DNA of 63,943 bases, filler included, from Octopus bimaculoides (lineage: Eukaryota): NCBI RefSeq assembly GCF_001194135.2. It is 5 parts of 5 records of this genome, joined end to end, with 100 filler letters (N's around TTAATTAATTAA, not from the genome) between each part and the next. Parts side by side here need not be neighbours in the genome. Positions count along the whole stretch, not along the records: positions 1 to 30,511 come from NC_068981.1; 4 more parts are not named here. The stretch is one strand, 5' to 3'. Positions 13,507-26,560 of the stretch are shown here, in pieces (positions within the stretch are counted from its first letter, which is position 1; each line of letters opens with the position of its first letter). Made by a program: the position numbers and the translations under genes. A model generated the notes under the pieces. The model was given only the letters and a program-made list of their open reading frames with translations. It had not been told where the DNA came from and did not search any database.

Positions 13507-13690
13507 TCCCACTACCACTTGACAACCAGTGTTTGTATAAAACCCTGTAACTTAGTAGTTCAGAAAAAGAAACTGATAGAATAAGAATTAGGCTTTGAAA
13601 TAAGTACTAGGATGAGTTGTTCAACCAAACCCTTCAAAGTGGTCCCTCAGCATAGCTGCAGTCCAATAACTGAAACAAGTAAAAGATAAA
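13312..13690 (+). mobile_element. SINE family A
   Basis: Head, internal (TG)n and 3' half all present. Confidence 0.85.
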
Positions 13691-14019
13691 GCTATACATT
13701 AGAGAAGGTAAAAATGCATGTAATAATTTAACCTTGTTCAAGTTTTGTGCTTGCTTAAATTTGTCCCAAATATCCATGCTTGTTTTTAGACATATAGTTA
13801 GCCCTTGTTTCATATGTTCTGAGTAGTATAAAGGTTTCTTTTATAAGTCCCAAGTTTCTCTGGTGGTTTAAAAAAAACAGGAATGCATATCATATATAAT
13901 GCATGGATATCAGGGAAATATTCTTTTTTAACCCTTTGTCTTATGTGTCACATGTAATACACAGGTCAGGCAAAGAGCTAAATAGAATTAACTAGTTAAG
14001 TCTAATTCAATTGTATACA

Positions 14020-14020
<1 letters not shown>

Positions 14021-14090
<70 letters not shown>

Positions 14091-14097
14091 GAGAGAG
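14021..14097. repeat. (GA)n microsatellite
   Basis: Directly visible. Confidence 0.95.
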
Positions 14098-14459
14098 CTA
14101 TAAGAAGAATGAACTTTTCAATAATTCATTTCTACAACAATTCTGTACGATTAATGGACAGGACAGAGTTGTTCAGCTAGTTGACACTGCCCCAACCTGA
14201 ATATAATATATAGAGAGAGCTGCTTTATAAACTGACCTCACTCTAGCTAGGTCCATAAAAGGTTGCTCAGCAAAGTAAATCTATTTCAAATCACTGTTGT
14301 TGATAGTCATTAGTAATATATGCAAAAATATTACAATATAAAATATCACGAAACTTACTGAATGAGGAAAGCTAATTTCATTGTTATGTGTATTGAACAA
14401 TTCTTTTTTATACTCTCATACACAAGTATACCTACCACTTTTAAAAGAGAACTGTCATC

Positions 14460-14640
14460 TTCATAGTCATTTTAATGCCCACTTTTCCATGCTTGCAAGG
14501 GTTGGCCAGAATTTTTTGAGGCAGATTTTCTTCAGCTGGATGCCTTTTCTGTTGCCAACTTGCACTTGTTTCCAAGTAAGGTAATAGTTCATTTTGCCAG
14601 ACATGTTTTTCACAGAAGATTGATTGGAAATGAGTGACAC
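14460..14640 (-). mobile_element. RTE-type 3' tail, degenerate
   Basis: ttttccatgcttgcaagggttgg...cagctggatgccttttct is the reverse complement of the tail motif. Confidence 0.6.
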
Positions 14641-14962
14641 TGTTTATATGTTGGTAATGCTCCTTTTTACATCACACAGCATGAAGACAAGGAGGGAGAC
14701 ACACACACACACACACACACACGCACCCACACACANNNNNNNNNNNNNNNNNNNNNNNNNNNNNNNNNNNNNNNNNNNNNNNNNNNNNNNNNNNNNNNNN
14801 NNNNNNNNNNNNNNNNNNNNNNNNNNNNNNNNNNNNNNNNNNNNNNNNNNNNNNNNNNNNNNNNNNNNNNNNNNNNNNNNNNNNNNNNNNNNNNNNNNNN
14901 NNNNNNNNNNNNNNNNNNNNNNNNNNNNNNNNNNNNNNNNNNNNNNNNNNNNNNNNNNNNNN

Positions 14963-15015
<53 letters not shown>

Positions 15016-15703
15016 GTATATGATTCATCATCATTTAATATCTGTTGTTGAATTGCTGTCCATATCATGCACCATATAATCTTCCTTTTACTTGGAGAGA
15101 AAAACCGTTCGTGGCTGTGGCCAATAGAGGTTACAGCTCTCTGAATTTTCTCCATCCTATTCTTATTCTAGCTATCACATCCTCCCCCACTGCTAATTTG
15201 GTCCCTAGGTAGCAGAAATTATCTACTACTTCTAATGAGCCACCAGGACATTTGAGAGAATCGATTTCCCAAGTCTCTAAAGTTTTAGGATCCTATGCAT
15301 CTTCATATATATAATGAGCTTGTTTAAGTTTCCATCTACGAAATCCACTTACAAGGCTTTAATTGGCCCTGGTTTGTTACAGGAGACACTTGACCAAGGT
15401 TCGGTGCTGTAGGACTGAACCAGGAACTGCACAGCCTGTACCTCTGTGTTTTCCACAAATTGGTATTTAAAAAAAAATAATAATAGGTTCCTTGATAAAT
15501 ACCATGGCTGACACCCTCTCTAATTTGTGCTGCTTTAAATGTATATAATAGCTAGTTGTCTGTGCCCTGTGAGTCAACCTTGCTTGAATAGTTCAATCTT
15601 TTTCTGACTTTATACAATATAAAGATAGATTCTGGTAGTTCAACTCTACTCTGTCTACATTATTTACATTTGATGGATATTTATCCTCCTCTTGTTTGTT
15701 GTT

Positions 15704-15749
15704 AACACAACGTTTTGGCTGATATACCCTCCAGCCTTCATCAGGTGTC
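15704..15749 (-). ncRNA. Minimal type-I hammerhead ribozyme motif (G12A mutated)
   Basis: Minus strand GACAC-CUGAUGA-A-GGCUG(gagggtatat)CAGCC-AAAA-CGUU-GUGUU. Stems I and II pair, and stem III is the palindrome ACGU. Confidence 0.65.
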
Positions 15750-15801
15750 TTAGGGAAATTTCGAACCTGGGTTCTCATTCCAAAGGTATTTTTCAATGTT
15801 G

Positions 15802-15848
<47 letters not shown>

Positions 15849-16038
15849 TTTATTTTTATTATTCATACACCATATGCCCGTGGACATATGGCATAGTAGT
15901 TAAGAGCACGGGCTACTAACCCTAAGATTCCGAGTTCGATTCCAAGCAGTGACCTGAATAATAATAATGAAAATAATGATAATAATAACATCGAAAAATG
16001 CCTTAGGAATGAGAACCCAGGTTCAAAATTTCCCCCAA

Positions 16039-16069
16039 GACACCTGATGACGGCTGGAAACATTGTGTT
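16039..16069 (+). ncRNA. Second copy of the hammerhead motif (stem II deleted)
   Basis: GACAC-CUGAUGA-C-GGCUG-GAAA-CAUU-GUGUU retains GAAA but lacks 15 nt of stem II. Confidence 0.55.
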
Positions 16070-16372
16070 AACGACAAACAAGACGAGGACAAATATCTGT
16101 CAAATGTAAATGTAAATAATGTACATAATTCCTCATCTCTTAAATATAGAACTGTATTATCTACTCTGTCTATATTATACTAATATGCCTGTTTCAGATT
16201 TGATCTCTGTCCCTATTTGTTCAGCGGGTGAGGTAATTCATTTCAAAACTACTCCAATGAAAAGGTTGGTCTACCTGGAATTTTAACCCTACTCTAACTG
16301 TATGCAGTCCATGATTACAATTCTTTCTCCATTATGCACACATGTGCTAACATACATGCATGTGTAATGTGA

Positions 16373-16404
<32 letters not shown>

Positions 16405-18130
16405 CGCAGCTGAATTGATGACATTTTGTATGTTAGAGTATGTTTGACTAACTGTTATTTGCTTTTGGTTTTATTGTTTTTCTATATTCTTTTCATTAAA
16501 TTCAACTCTATATCTTGTCTTTCTCTCCCTTCTCTCTTTCTTTTTTCTATGTTCTTTCACTTTCTCTCATACACAAACAGTTTTAAATATGTCAACATAT
16601 ATACATGGATGTATGATATAGCATATATTTCTGAAGCAGGTGTTATGTTGCCATAATATTGAGGTAGTGGTCTCTCAACAATAGTGTTTGTGGTTATTAG
16701 AAGCTGTACTTCTATATAGAGCGTTGCATAATAATAATAACAAAGGGTTTCTCATTACACTGGTTCACAACATATGTGAAGGTTATGGGACATTTAATAT
16801 TGTATATGAGAGGTATTAGGTGATATTAACCAGAATTCAGATAGATCATAGCACTAAAATTTGCTAGAATAGACTATAGATTAAAATGGTGGCTATATTG
16901 ATGTCAGGTTGCATTGAGCATAATTATGGCTCAAAACCATTGTAGCTGGTGAACATATCTTTCATGCAGTCATATCGTAACTTGAACTACATTGTCCAAC
17001 GTGTCTTTCCTTTTTTTAAAGACAGTTAGTATGATTTGAGGAAAATTTGGCTACTATTTCTAGCAGGTTGTGTAATCACATATAAGTCCCACGAGTAGTT
17101 TGAGACTTCCTTGTTGATTCATGTTGTTGTTGTTTAGCCCCAAACTGGCCTTGATCAGGCAGACCTATGAAGTTATTCTATTCATGACAATATTTTTATT
17201 ATTGAAACAATGTATGAAAATTTCATTACTCAATGCATCCTTTCCTTTTAAAGGCAACAGTGTGAAATTTGAAGGAAATTTGACTGCTCTTTTTAGCAGA
17301 TCAAAGCTTTCATGGTGACAGATGGGACTAGAATAGACAGAGAGGTCGAGGTAACCAGAACAGATGATTGAGAACATGAGAAGAGGCTGGACTGGCTGAA
17401 GGAGGTTTTAAATGAATTGATGATATGAGATGATAATTGTTTCTAGAACCACCAACTTTGAGAGGAGGGGCTGAGTTAATTACATCAACCCCAATAGTAG
17501 ACTTGCATTTAATTTCATCAGCTCCCCCCCAAAAAAATGTAATATAAAGTTGAGCTGAGTGAGGTTTGAACTCAGAATATAAAAGGACATAACTAAATAT
17601 TGCAAAGGTATTTTAATTCGAGGTTCTGTTGTTTTTGCTAATTCACCAGAAAGAAGTAGAAAGAGGGGAGAGAGAAAGAGAAAAAGAGTGGAAGAAAGGG
17701 AGAGGTGAAAAAGGAAAAAGCGTGATGGTGAAAAAATAATTTATTTTCAAATTGTGTTATGATGACATTCTCCTTGGTCATGTTTTGATTGATTGCTATT
17801 TATAGTTGAAATTAATCTATTATTTACTAGATTAATAATTCACCGTTTATCCAATAAATAAATCCATTATCATTGTGAATTGGTTTTTAATATTTTACAA
17901 TCTCTAAAGACCAGGATTATTATATGAGAGAAAAGGAGAAAGAGAGAAAAAAAGATTTAATTCATTATCAAGCTATGTTATTTGCCATATAAAAGACAAC
18001 ACTGTATGGTTATGGTTGTTGTTGTTGTTAACAACACTACCACTGTAATCCTCTTACCTCTCTTTTAGTCCTCTTCCTTCTGGTTATTATTATCACTTTT
18101 CTCCAATTCCTTATTATCATTATCATCATT

Positions 18131-19167
<1,037 letters not shown>

Positions 19168-19264
19168 TCTGTCATCAAGAAATCTACCCCTCAGGTTCCA
19201 TTCAGAAACCTATCATAGCCTATTAGCAGCAGTTATTTTTGTTGCTTCTTAAGGTTCAACTCTT

Positions 19265-20320
19265 TACTCTAACCCAACGTTTTTCATCTGGTATCCATAT
19301 GGCCCATGAGGGTCTTTATAAGATTTTTGGGGATCCACCCAACAAAATAGTAAATTGGGGATCCACAATAATATTTTTAGGTCCCCTGAAAAAATTTTGC
19401 TTTAGATGTGTGTATTTGCATGTATTGCAAGAAACAGCTAGGTTTCTTTCTCTTACATTTTACATAAGTTCAACCTGCGTAAGTTAATGTGTGAAAAACA
19501 AAATAGGAATTTTGAAAGGAGTATCTATTAAAACTAGTTTTTAAACACCTTTTATGTGTATAACAGGTTGGACACCAATTTTTTTATAACTTAATTATAA
19601 GTATTTATCACTAAGCATAACTCTTAGTTTAGTTTAGGTTGCGTAAATGTTATTATGTATACATGACAAGACGCTGAATGTGCATTCATTACGTGCATGT
19701 ATGTTGAAGATTTAGATTATATTTTCTTGACTGTTACACATAAAAAAAAAAACAGTTTCATTAATATACAGAAATAAATTCAACAAGTTGAAAGAAACGA
19801 GAAGTAAAAGGAATTAAGTTTCTACATTAATTTGTTATATACATTTTTTTTACATTTATAGAAATTTAGAAACAAAGCATTTCATCGTAGAGAATTTACG
19901 ACTTAAATTTATTATTAACTAGTTTCTCATTCTAACTAATAAGGTTTCACGACAATTCAATATTGTCGGATTTGAGTATTGAACATGGCACATATATTAG
20001 CCTATACTCAAAAGGGTGAGTGTCGTAGACTTGAGTAACATCCAACGATCACTGGAGATTTTGCCGAAAATCAGGGTTTTTATAACTACTCATACACAAA
20101 TCATAGAACCATAACCCCGTGAAAGATTTCTTCAACAAAGTTCATAATTCGTATATGGGCAGTAATTTTTAACCAATGAGAAATCAATAATTTCTCATGT
20201 TCGGGCAAACGAACTTACATTCTCTCTCCGCCTCTTATTAGTTTGCTACACACCAAATGGCTATGGGAGTCCACCTGAATAATATAGTAATCAAGGAGAT
20301 CCATAGATAAAAAATGGTTG
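19265..20320. mobile_element. Putative hAT-type non-autonomous DNA element
   Basis: Right end ggatccatagataaaaaatggttgaaaaccc resembles a hAT terminus; the left end is only weakly complementary. Confidence 0.4.
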
Positions 20321-21732
20321 AAAACCCTTGCAAAATAATCCACAGAAAATCAAAGCATCCCCCATCCCACTCCATAATAAACTATCACTATGCTGTATGG
20401 AATTTTTATTTACACATATTCTACATATTGAGCTGAGCCATTTTATTGAAGGGAGTGGAGTCTTCTGTTTTCCTGCTTGAAAAAAAAGCTACAAAAATAA
20501 GAGGCATAATGCAAAACTTGCTGTCCTTGTCTCTGTTTCTCTCTTTCTCTTTCTCTAAGTCAAAACCAGTTGGAATTAGTTATGTGGGTGTTATGTACAC
20601 ATGTGTGCACATGTGTGTGCGTGTGTTCGTATGTGTGTTTCATTGCTAAATACAGGGTTAATTATTGGCTAGCAGCTGCAACTCTGATTTACTCTGCAAT
20701 TCTGATGTAACATGCGATTATTTGAAAATTATTATTGTCATTTGCCCCCTCACTCCTCATCCTGTTACATTTAACTTTGAGTGAACCTTATGATAGAAGG
20801 CATTTCAACCCTAACTATCTTGTGTGTTTTTTTTTTTTTCAGACATAGTACATCTGGTGACTACATTATCCAATGTGTCCTTTACTCTGTTTAATACAAT
20901 AGAGTACGGGTTAAGGCTATTAATAACAGGTGATTGTTTGTTATGGGTGGTGGGGGAGTGGTTTTGCTTTGGTTTCCTGTGGATCATTTCATATTAGTTC
21001 CTTTGTCCGAAATACCATATTTTCCAGCAAACAAGTCAAATTCTTCAAACCAAAATTTACAGCCAAAAATGGTGGGTCAACTTAATACATCAAAACAACT
21101 TTGGAGCATCAAAAATTCTATGTGAAATGCAGCACTTGCCCAAGGTGCCACACAGTAGGACTGAACCTGGAACTATGTGATTGGGAAGCAAATTTCTTAC
21201 CACACAGTCACATCTGCACCTGTATTATGTTGTTTTGTATGCTGGAAAGTAAGGGCCTACTTTAGAAAACCTCATAATTAATAATTGTGTGGAAAAGACA
21301 AAAAAAAAAAAAAACTAGAAACAAATCATTTTAATGCAGTTGATAGTTACTGTCACTAAATATTTTACCATATCACAGGTTCTCTTTGTCATTATTGATG
21401 TTTAGCATTTTTTATTGCATACTTTCACTGTGCTACTGAAAGCAACTCTCCGCATGTCTTAGATATATATGCAGTGTTTTACTTCAGCATGTTTTTTCTT
21501 TTAATCATTTCCAAGTCACCTGTTATTATTGGGACTGATTTTGTTTTCCCCTCATTTAGGTTATTTTTATTTCTAGATTTATATATTTGAATAATTTTAC
21601 CATTTCTTTGGGAAATGCATTATTATCTGTTGGGACTGAGATGCTTATTACAATGCATATTTTACCTGGTGGCCCTTGACAACAATGTCTGGGTGATATT
21701 GTCATATCTCAGAATATGGTATTGGTGTTGTT

Positions 21733-22145
21733 AAGGTAATGAGCTGGCAGAATTGTTAGAGTATCGGAAAAATGTCTTCAGCATTTGTTCTAGCTCTTTA
21801 CATTCTGACTTCATGTTCCACCATGGTCAACTTTGCCTTTCATACCTCTGGAGTTGATAACATAAAATACCCATCATATATTAGGGTCAGTAGTATTGAC
21901 TTATCCTCTTCCTTCAAAATTTCTGCCCTTGGTGAGTTGGTAGGATCGTTAGTACAGTGGACAAAATGTTTAGTGGCATTTCTTTTGGCTCTTTACATTC
22001 TGAGTTCAAATTCTACTGAGGTCAGTTTTGCTTTTCATCCTTTCAGGGTTGATGAAATAAGTACCAATTAAGCACTAGGGTTAGTGTAATCAACTAGCCA
22101 TCTTTCCCCCAAGTTCCAGGTTTTGTGCCTATAGTAGAAAGGATT
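21733..22145 (+). mobile_element. Two adjacent SINE family B copies
   Basis: Family B core repeated twice. Confidence 0.75.
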
Positions 22146-22277
22146 ATTATTATCATTATCATCATTATTCAGTAGTCTCATTTTTATTGCATGCTTTTAC
22201 TGCACAAAAAGATTAGGAACACTTTTGATCAGGCATGATCTGAGGTTAACACAACCACGAACAACACCACTACATCC

Positions 22278-22309
<32 letters not shown>

Positions 22310-22699
22310 CAACAACAACATAAGGGTAAGGCAGGAATTTCAGACAGAATCAGTTTTGGAAAGAAAAGGATGATGATGGCAAGGTAATAGATGGTTGGAT
22401 CAAATAGAGTGGTATGTAGCTTCCTAGGAATTGAAGCTGAAGTATTTGTTCAGTGAAAGAGAGAGAGAGAATACAATGTAGTGTTGTGCTAGTGGAAGGA
22501 GTATGATGATGAGAGAATCTTTCATAATCAATCAGATGGCACTTCTTTTGATGTGGTCAAAGGTGTTCCAGAAATGTGAACAGTTCCAAAATATGAGTAA
22601 TAAACTAATTGGTTTTTCAATACAATTTTGACAATGTTATAGGTTTGTCATTGCCATGAATTGAATAGATACCAGTAAGATATTGTTGAAGACTTGATT

Positions 22700-22742
<43 letters not shown>

Positions 22743-22816
22743 AATATATATATATATAATACACACACATGCACTCACACACACACATATATATATACAC
22801 ATACATACATGCAAAC

Positions 22817-22853
<37 letters not shown>

Positions 22854-22913
22854 TACATACACATATATACATATACATACACATATATACACACACATAC
22901 ATATATATAGAGA

Positions 22914-23754
22914 GAGAGTGCAGTGAATATATTGTAGTCTAAATTAATCAAAATTGAAAATAACACTGACATCTCATTTTAACAGATATATTTACCAAAA
23001 TTACATTAAAATATCTTGAAATACTAAAGAATAAATTTATTCTATAAAGTTGCCATTGGCTTCAACCGCAGCCTCCAGATGACTTCAGAATCTCCTGCAG
23101 CTCTTCTGGATGGCCTCCTTGTTTAAGTTGGTGAATGCTGCCATAATCCTTGCTTTCAGTTCATCTTTGGTGTTACAAAGACTTTTGTTGGTCTCTAGCT
23201 CAACTGTGCCCCACACATAATAATCAAAGGAATGCAGTCAGGGGAGTTAGGTGGCCAGATGTTAGGGGTGATGTGGTTGCAGAAATTGTCTGACAGCCAT
23301 GACAGGGTTCTCCTGCTTGTGTTGCATGGTGCAGAGTCCTGTTGCCAGACATAGGGTCTTCCAGCAGCCACCCTCTTGACCCAGGGCAGCGCTGACTCCT
23401 CCAAGCACTTGATGTAGATCTCCATGTTGAGTCTGAGGCTGTGTGGGAAAATGAATGGATGTTGACTGGATGTTTGATTTTTATCACTCTGAGTACATTT
23501 TGGGGACACAGCAAGCCAACGGCTGTTCTGTGTGTTCACCATCTGTTCGTATTGGAGTTTCCAGCAAGAATGCCAAGCAGTACAGCATGTTGTTTCCAAA
23601 TTTCTGGCAGAGTGAATTGCTTCATGGTGGTGTTTTTCTCACAAATGGTGTCCAACTGACTCTACTATACTGAGTAGTCAACAAGATCAAAAATAAACAA
23701 TGCGCATACGTGAAATTAAAAATATAAAATGGCGACAATTTGCCCATCGCACTG
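22914..23754 (-). mobile_element. Tc1/mariner DD37D (maT-type) transposase remnant, internally deleted
   Basis: WQQDSAPCNTSRRTLSWLSDNFCNHITPNIWPPNSPDC, then a frameshift before PLDYYVW; 37 residues between the aspartates. Degenerate TIRs at both ends. Confidence 0.85.
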
Positions 23755-23782
23755 TATGTGTATATATATATATATATATATA

Positions 23783-24234
23783 CAAGAGTTACGGAATGGG
23801 GTCGGTATGATGCAGCAGGCTACATGTTTCATAGTGAGCAGAACCTCAGAAGTGGTAAAAATCCAAGCAAGGTGTATATTGCAGGCTACTCTTCAGGCTA
23901 AGGATATCTTGATAAAATTACAGATTACATTGTTGCAAGGAGGTACATATTGATCCATGGAAGATTCAATCAGAATGTGTAGAGAGCACAGTACAAGTCT
24001 CCCTACATTTTTATTCTCCTTTCCTACTGTGCTCACTACACATTCTGATTGAATCTTACATGCATCAACATGTACATCCTTGCAACAATGTAATCTTTTA
24101 TTTAATCAATACATCTTTGACCTGAAGAGTAGCCTGCGGTATACACCTTGCTTAGATTTTTACCACTTCAGAGATTCGGCTCGCTATGAAACATATGTAG
24201 CCCAGATCTTACCTACTCCATTCCGTAACTCTTG
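23783..24234. mobile_element. Foldback MITE, ~215-bp inverted arms, TA TSD
   Basis: caagagttacggaatgg...gagcacagta is mirrored by tactgtgctc...ccattccgtaactcttg, with TA on both sides. Confidence 0.85.
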
Positions 24235-25038
24235 TATTCTGATTTGCACACCTGGCAACCCTGGTTGCCTACTTTCAAATATAAAAAAAACTTTTTTCAG
24301 TTTATTGTACTTTGATACGAAGGAAATCCACAAGACTCCATCTCAATAAACCACTACTGTCTTTGAAAGTTGTTTTTTATATATTTACTAGTGATTGCTT
24401 GAAGTTAACTTAACTTTCTTCCTACACCTTGATCCCTGGATCTTACATTTATATTTTTACACACACACACACACACACACATATAGACACATACATAGGA
24501 TTGTTTGTAGAAATACATAAATCCAGGGGAGAAGCACACTCTAAGATGTAGAGCAGTTAATACATATACATACATATATATATATACATATATATATATA
24601 CATATATATNNNNNNNNNNNNNNNNNNNNNNNNNNNNNNNNNNNNNNNNNNNNNNNNNNNNNNNNNNNNNNNNNNNNNNNNNNNNNNNNNNNNNNNNNNN
24701 NNNNNNNNNCATTATTATCATAATAATTATCTGTTCATTTTCCATGTGAAAATGTTTTACTCATTAAATAGAATGAATTATTGATTTTAATACTGAGATC
24801 ATTGGGGAGATGTTAATAATAATAATAATAATGGTTGTGGTGGCGGCAGGCTGTGGGTGGCGGTGGCAGCGGTGGTGTTGGCTCTGTTTAAAGAAACCAG
24901 TTACCTAATGAGCGAGCTAAACTATTCTGTAGTAGTGGTTATAATGAGGGATACCAGGCTAGGTCTTAATAGTCAGACTCTCTTCAGCTAATTCTACATA
25001 AAATTTTTTTAAAAAAAGGATAAAAATGCAAAACTTAC

Positions 25039-25063
25039 CCTTACAAAATGGTAAAGGTTGAAC
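25039..25063 (-). other. Candidate 25-nt micro-exon
   Basis: ttaattttcatgttag|GTTCAACC...GTAAGG|gtaagt; two frames are open. Splice motifs are the only support. Confidence 0.2.
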
Positions 25064-25261
25064 CTAACATGAAAATTAAAAAAGACCCTAAATGATTAAA
25101 AAAATATCAATAAAAAACAGACATTCTGAAGGTAAAAGAAATGTGTAAGCAAATCGTATCAGCAAAAGCATGCAGAATAAGATACTTTACAAAATGTGAG
25201 TGCTTCTTGTAAGAGAATAATGTATTTGAAGGAAGTATTAAAATATTTTACAGTGATAAAT

Positions 25262-25635
25262 GCAGGTATGGCTGTGTGGTAAGAAGCTTGCTTTCCAACA
25301 ATATGGTTTTGGATTCAGTCTCAGTGTGTGACACCTTTGGCAAGTGTCTCCTACTATAGCCTTGGGCTAACCAAAGCCTTGTGAGTGGATTTGGGAGATT
25401 GAAACTGAAAGAAGCCCATCATGTGTGTGTGTGTGTCCCATTACTGCTTGATAACCAGTGTTGGTATGTTTACATTCCTGTAACTTAGCAGTTCAGCATA
25501 AAGAGACTAATAGAATAAGTGCCAGGCTTAAAAAAAAAAAAAAACGTACTGTGGTTGATTTAGTTGGCTAAAAATTCTTCAAAGTGGTGCACCAGCATGA
25601 CCACAGTCTAATGACTGAATCAGGCAAAGGATAAA
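25262..25635 (+). mobile_element. SINE family A
   Basis: Full-length match to 4171-4602. Confidence 0.85.
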
Positions 25636-26139
25636 AGAAAAGATATCAATACACACACATGCATGCACGCACGCGTGCACGCACACACACAACAATAAAT
25701 AAATGAATAAATATGTAAACATAAGACTTGAGGGTACACCAACATAAGCAGAAATTCAAAGGAATATGGAACAAAACATTCAGCACACAAGATCAAAATG
25801 GAAGAAAAAGAAAACACGAAACACTGCAAACGTAACTTGTCATAGTGGGAAAAAAATTAACAAACACAGCTGGAGAGCCTCTGGTATTTACAAGGTCTCC
25901 AATTCCTTGATAAAACATCTGAGTATCAAGGGTGGGTAGCAGCAGCATTTAATGAACTGATAAACAGAATAGAATCAACACCTGAGTAGCAGATGGAGTG
26001 GGAAACAACATTAATTTCCCCAAAACAAAGGTACCAGAGATTCTCCAAATTACATGTTGGTAACTTGTTTGCCAACATCATACAAAGTCCATGATCTACA
26101 ACAGGTTCGTTGCTCACCTGAACAGAAATAAGGTCTTAC

Positions 26140-26169
26140 CTGAGAAGCAGGAAAGGTGATGATGTGTGG
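26140..26169 (-). other. Candidate 30-nt micro-exon
   Basis: ttgttctttatag|CCACAC...TCTCAG|gtaaga; all frames open. Splice motifs are the only support. Confidence 0.2.
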
Positions 26170-26349
26170 CTATAAAGAACAACTACTGGTAAATCAGGCT
26201 AAGTATAGCATGGCCAGGATTGATTACTGAAATGCTTTTGATACCATTCCACACTTTTAGATTTTGGGGGCATTCCACATAAATAAAGTAATTCAACTAC
26301 TAAAAGAAAAGTACATCAATTATTCCATGTCAAAATAAAAAGTAACTGT

Positions 26350-26560
26350 ATTGGTTTCAAATTTTGGCACAAGGCCAGCAATTTCAGGAAGGGATTGAAT
26401 CAATTACATTGTCCCAGTATTCAACTGGTACTTATTTTATCAATCCTAAAAGGATGAAAGGCAAAGTCAACTTTGATGGAATTTGAACTCAGAATGTTAA
26501 GACAAAATACTGCAAAGCTTTTTGCCTGGTATGCTAACAATTCTGTCTGTTCAGTAACTA
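26350..26560 (-). mobile_element. SINE family B nested in the RLE LINE
   Basis: Reverse complement of the family B consensus. Confidence 0.8.

Larger units (their letters stand above)
15658..16159. mobile_element. Head-to-head inverted dimer of a tRNA-headed SINE (family D) with a hammerhead-bearing tail; 13-bp TSD
   Basis: Plus copy has an A box (15889-15899), a B box gagttcgattcc (15932-15943), (AAT)n and a tail. An inverted copy spans ~15658-15879. TSD tctactctgtcta at 15645-15657 and 16160-16172. Confidence 0.75.

Noticed and set aside
15880-15955. tRNA gene (also SINE heads at 4171 and 9742, and GGTTCGATTCC near 40588)
   Set aside because: No complete cloverleaf or acceptor stem; these are SINE heads or an isolated B box.
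22995-23022. 28-nt exon-like segment with good splice sites
   Set aside because: Lies inside the terminal region of the D37D mariner.
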